A DNA stretch of 64,000 nt from Solidesulfovibrio sp. DCME (lineage in GTDB: Bacteria > Desulfobacterota > Desulfovibrionia > Desulfovibrionales > Desulfovibrionaceae), in assembly GCF_049995385.1 (NCBI RefSeq), contig NZ_CP188261.1, positions 1,311,724-1,375,723 of the forward strand, read 5' to 3'. The notes beneath the pieces were generated by a model, which made no database searches, was not told the DNA's origin, and saw only the letters and a program-made list of their open reading frames with translations. Every line of letters begins with the position of its first letter. Position 1 is the first letter of the stretch. Both the position numbers and the translations under genes were made by a program. Below, in pieces: positions 62,259-64,000 of this stretch.

Positions 62259-63257
62259 ATGGAAGCTCCGCTCGATCCCGGCTCCCTGCTCGCCCTTTCC
62301 AGCGCCTATTGGAAGGCCTGCGCCCTGCACGCCGGGGCCATGCTCGACGTGTTCACGCCCCTTGGCCGCGCTCCTTCCGATGCCGCCGGCCTGGCCACGA
62401 TCCTCGGCTGCGACGCCCGGGCCCTGGCCATGCTCTTAAACGCCCTGGCCGCCATGGGGCTGCTCGTCAAGTCCGGGGACCAGTACGACTTGACCCCGGC
62501 GTCGCGGGAACTGCTCTCCCGCGATTCGCCGCGCAGCGTGGCCCATGTGGTGCGCCACAACCACCGCATCATGGCCACCTGGGCCAGGCTCCCCGAGGCC
62601 GTGCGCACGGGCGGCCCCTTGGGCGACCACATGACCGACCACGGCGACCCGGCCGCCCGGGAGGATTTCCTGCTGGCCATGTACGGCATCGCCTCGGCCA
62701 TCGCCCCGCGCCTGGCCGCCATGATCGACATGGCCGGCCGGCAGCGGCTCCTGGACGTGGGCGGCGGGCCGGGAACCTATGCCGCCCATTTCTGCCTGGC
62801 CAACCCGGGCATGACGGCCACGGTCTACGACCTGCCCGGCAGCCGGGAATTCGCCGCCGGCGTGACCGCCCGCCTGGGCGTGGCCGACCGGGTGGATTTC
62901 GCCCCCGGCAACTACCTGCGCGACCCGCTGCCCGGCGGCTACGACGTGGCCTGGCTGTCCCAGATCCTCCATGCCGAGGACCCGGACGGCTGCCGGACGA
63001 TCATCGCCAAGGCCATGGCCGCGCTCAATTCCGGCGGCCGTATCTACGTCCACGAGTTCATGCTCGACGACAGCCTGGACGGGCCGGAATTCGCGGCGCT
63101 TTTTTCGCTCAACATGCTCCTTGGCACGCCGCGCGGCCAGGCCTACGCCGAGGGGGCGATCCGGGAGATGCTGGCCCAGGCCGGGGCGCGCCAGGTCGCC
63201 CGCCTCGATTTCACCGGCCCGAGCGGCTCGCGGGTGGTCTGGGGCGAGAAGCCATAG
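62259..63257 (+). CDS. class I SAM-dependent O-methyltransferase (family 2, with dimerisation/winged-helix N-domain)
   Basis: Track ORF trimmed to ATG 62259. SAM motif I LLDVGGGPGTYA. The overall layout resembles hydroxyneurosporene/caffeate-type O-methyltransferases. Confidence 0.75.
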   Translation: MEAPLDPGSLLALSSAYWKACALHAGAMLDVFTPLGRAPSDAAGLATILGCDARALAMLLNALAAMGLLVKSGDQYDLTPASRELLSRDSPRSVAHVVRHNHRIMATWARLPEAVRTGGPLGDHMTDHGDPAAREDFLLAMYGIASAIAPRLAAMIDMAGRQRLLDVGGGPGTYAAHFCLANPGMTATVYDLPGSREFAAGVTARLGVADRVDFAPGNYLRDPLPGGYDVAWLSQILHAEDPDGCRTIIAKAMAALNSGGRIYVHEFMLDDSLDGPEFAALFSLNMLLGTPRGQAYAEGAIREMLAQAGARQVARLDFTGPSGSRVVWGEKP

Positions 63258-63414
63258 GCAGCCCAGGCCAGGCGGCCAGGCCCACGCCCTGTCGGCCCGG
63301 GCGACCGCTGGTGGAAGGCGTGAATATTGCCGGCCTGCCGGCGATGGAAGGCCCACGCCCCATCGGTCCGAGCGGCTGCCGGTGGTCGAGGGCGGGAAAG
63401 CCGGGCGGCCCGGG

Positions 63415-64000
63415 CTAGACGGCCAGGTCCAGCACCGAGCCCTTGGCCAGGGCCGGCGTCTGGCCGGTCAGGGTGGTGAGCCCCAGGTTGGCGGCCTCGC
63501 CGTACTGGTCGGCCAGGTAGGCGTCGGCGGCGGCAAGGGCCGTGCCGAGCCCCTGGCGGGTCGGGCCTGTTTCTTCCAGGCTTTGGGTCATGAGGTCCGA
63601 AACGGCTTGGCTCGTTTGCTCGCCGAAACGCTTGGCCACGGCGTCGAGGGCCTCGGACAGCACGCCCTGCACCTGCCCCGCGCCGCTGGTGGTGCTTGTT
63701 GCGGCGTAGAAAACCTCGCTTTTGCCGTTTTGGAAATAGCCGTTGACGGCGTCGTTGAGGGCGCCGTTGAAGGTGGCGATGGCCGCGTCGCCCGAGGCGA
63801 TGCCGAAATTGCGGTCGATGAATTTGAGCGCCGAAACCAGGGAGTCGCCCAGGGCATCCTCGCCGCCGGAGCCGTCGCCCACGCCCTTTTCCACGATGCC
63901 CATGACGGCCGTGGCCGCCGCGTTGCCGTGTTTTTCCCGCACGTAGTCGATGACGTCGGCCAGGGAGCCTTGCAGGTCGCCGGCCGCGCCGCTGCCGACG
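63415..64000 (-). CDS. hypothetical acidic Ala/Gly-rich protein, 5' end outside the window
   Basis: The frame stays open beyond the track start (GTG 63942) to the window edge. No recognisable motif. Confidence 0.5.
   Translation of the reverse strand, partial: VGSGAAGDLQGSLADVIDYVREKHGNAAATAVMGIVEKGVGDGSGGEDALGDSLVSALKFIDRNFGIASGDAAIATFNGALNDAVNGYFQNGKSEVFYAATSTTSGAGQVQGVLSEALDAVAKRFGEQTSQAVSDLMTQSLEETGPTRQGLGTALAAADAYLADQYGEAANLGLTTLTGQTPALAKGSVLDLAV

Overview
All calls below come from reading motifs by eye. No database search, HMM scan or folding was run. The window is a very GC-rich chromosomal segment (roughly two-thirds G+C by eye, not computed). It reads like a Desulfovibrio/Solidesulfovibrio-type sulfate reducer: nrfHA, a TunR-type regulator, many Fe-S proteins and several sigma54-type promoters. 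About 55 protein genes can be supported. I saw no rRNA, tRNA, CRISPR array, transposase, active integrase or prophage genes. Housekeeping content: the 3' end of a relA/spoT homologue, dksA, nrfH-nrfA, ridA, PMM/PGM, hflK-hflC, a lone secF, gap, tamA-tamB, a P-type ATPase, and two-component/HD-GYP signalling genes. Four blocks are poorly understood. (1) 7.2-13.1 kb, minus strand: an island of four NifX/NifB-like proteins, two MinD-type ATPases with ferredoxin inserts, an IscU-like scaffold, Mrp/ApbC, a zinc-ribbon protein and MBL hydrolases, with no nitrogenase genes. (2) 21.0-26.8 kb, plus strand: a five-gene operon joining a NapH-like membrane polyferredoxin to two Tat-exported proteins, a DUF362 protein and an aldo/keto reductase with an Fe-S tail. 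(3) 27.3-37.8 kb: secreted-protein genes (a giant SBBP beta-propeller protein with cohesin-like and dockerin-like modules, a pectate-lyase-fold protein, an RCC1 propeller) around a MacAB-type exporter. (4) 42.8-46.0 kb: a CBM2/poly-Thr secreted protein behind a sigma54-type promoter, plus a small 8-residue-repeat protein. Non-coding signals: a three-copy double-hairpin element with compensatory base changes placed just after stop codons; two sigma54-type promoters, each preceded by three direct repeats phased at about 61-62 nt; and several tandem-repeat blocks. Most long track ORFs that overlap the called genes in other frames are GC-shadow ORFs. My best candidate for an undescribed system is block (2), followed by block (1).
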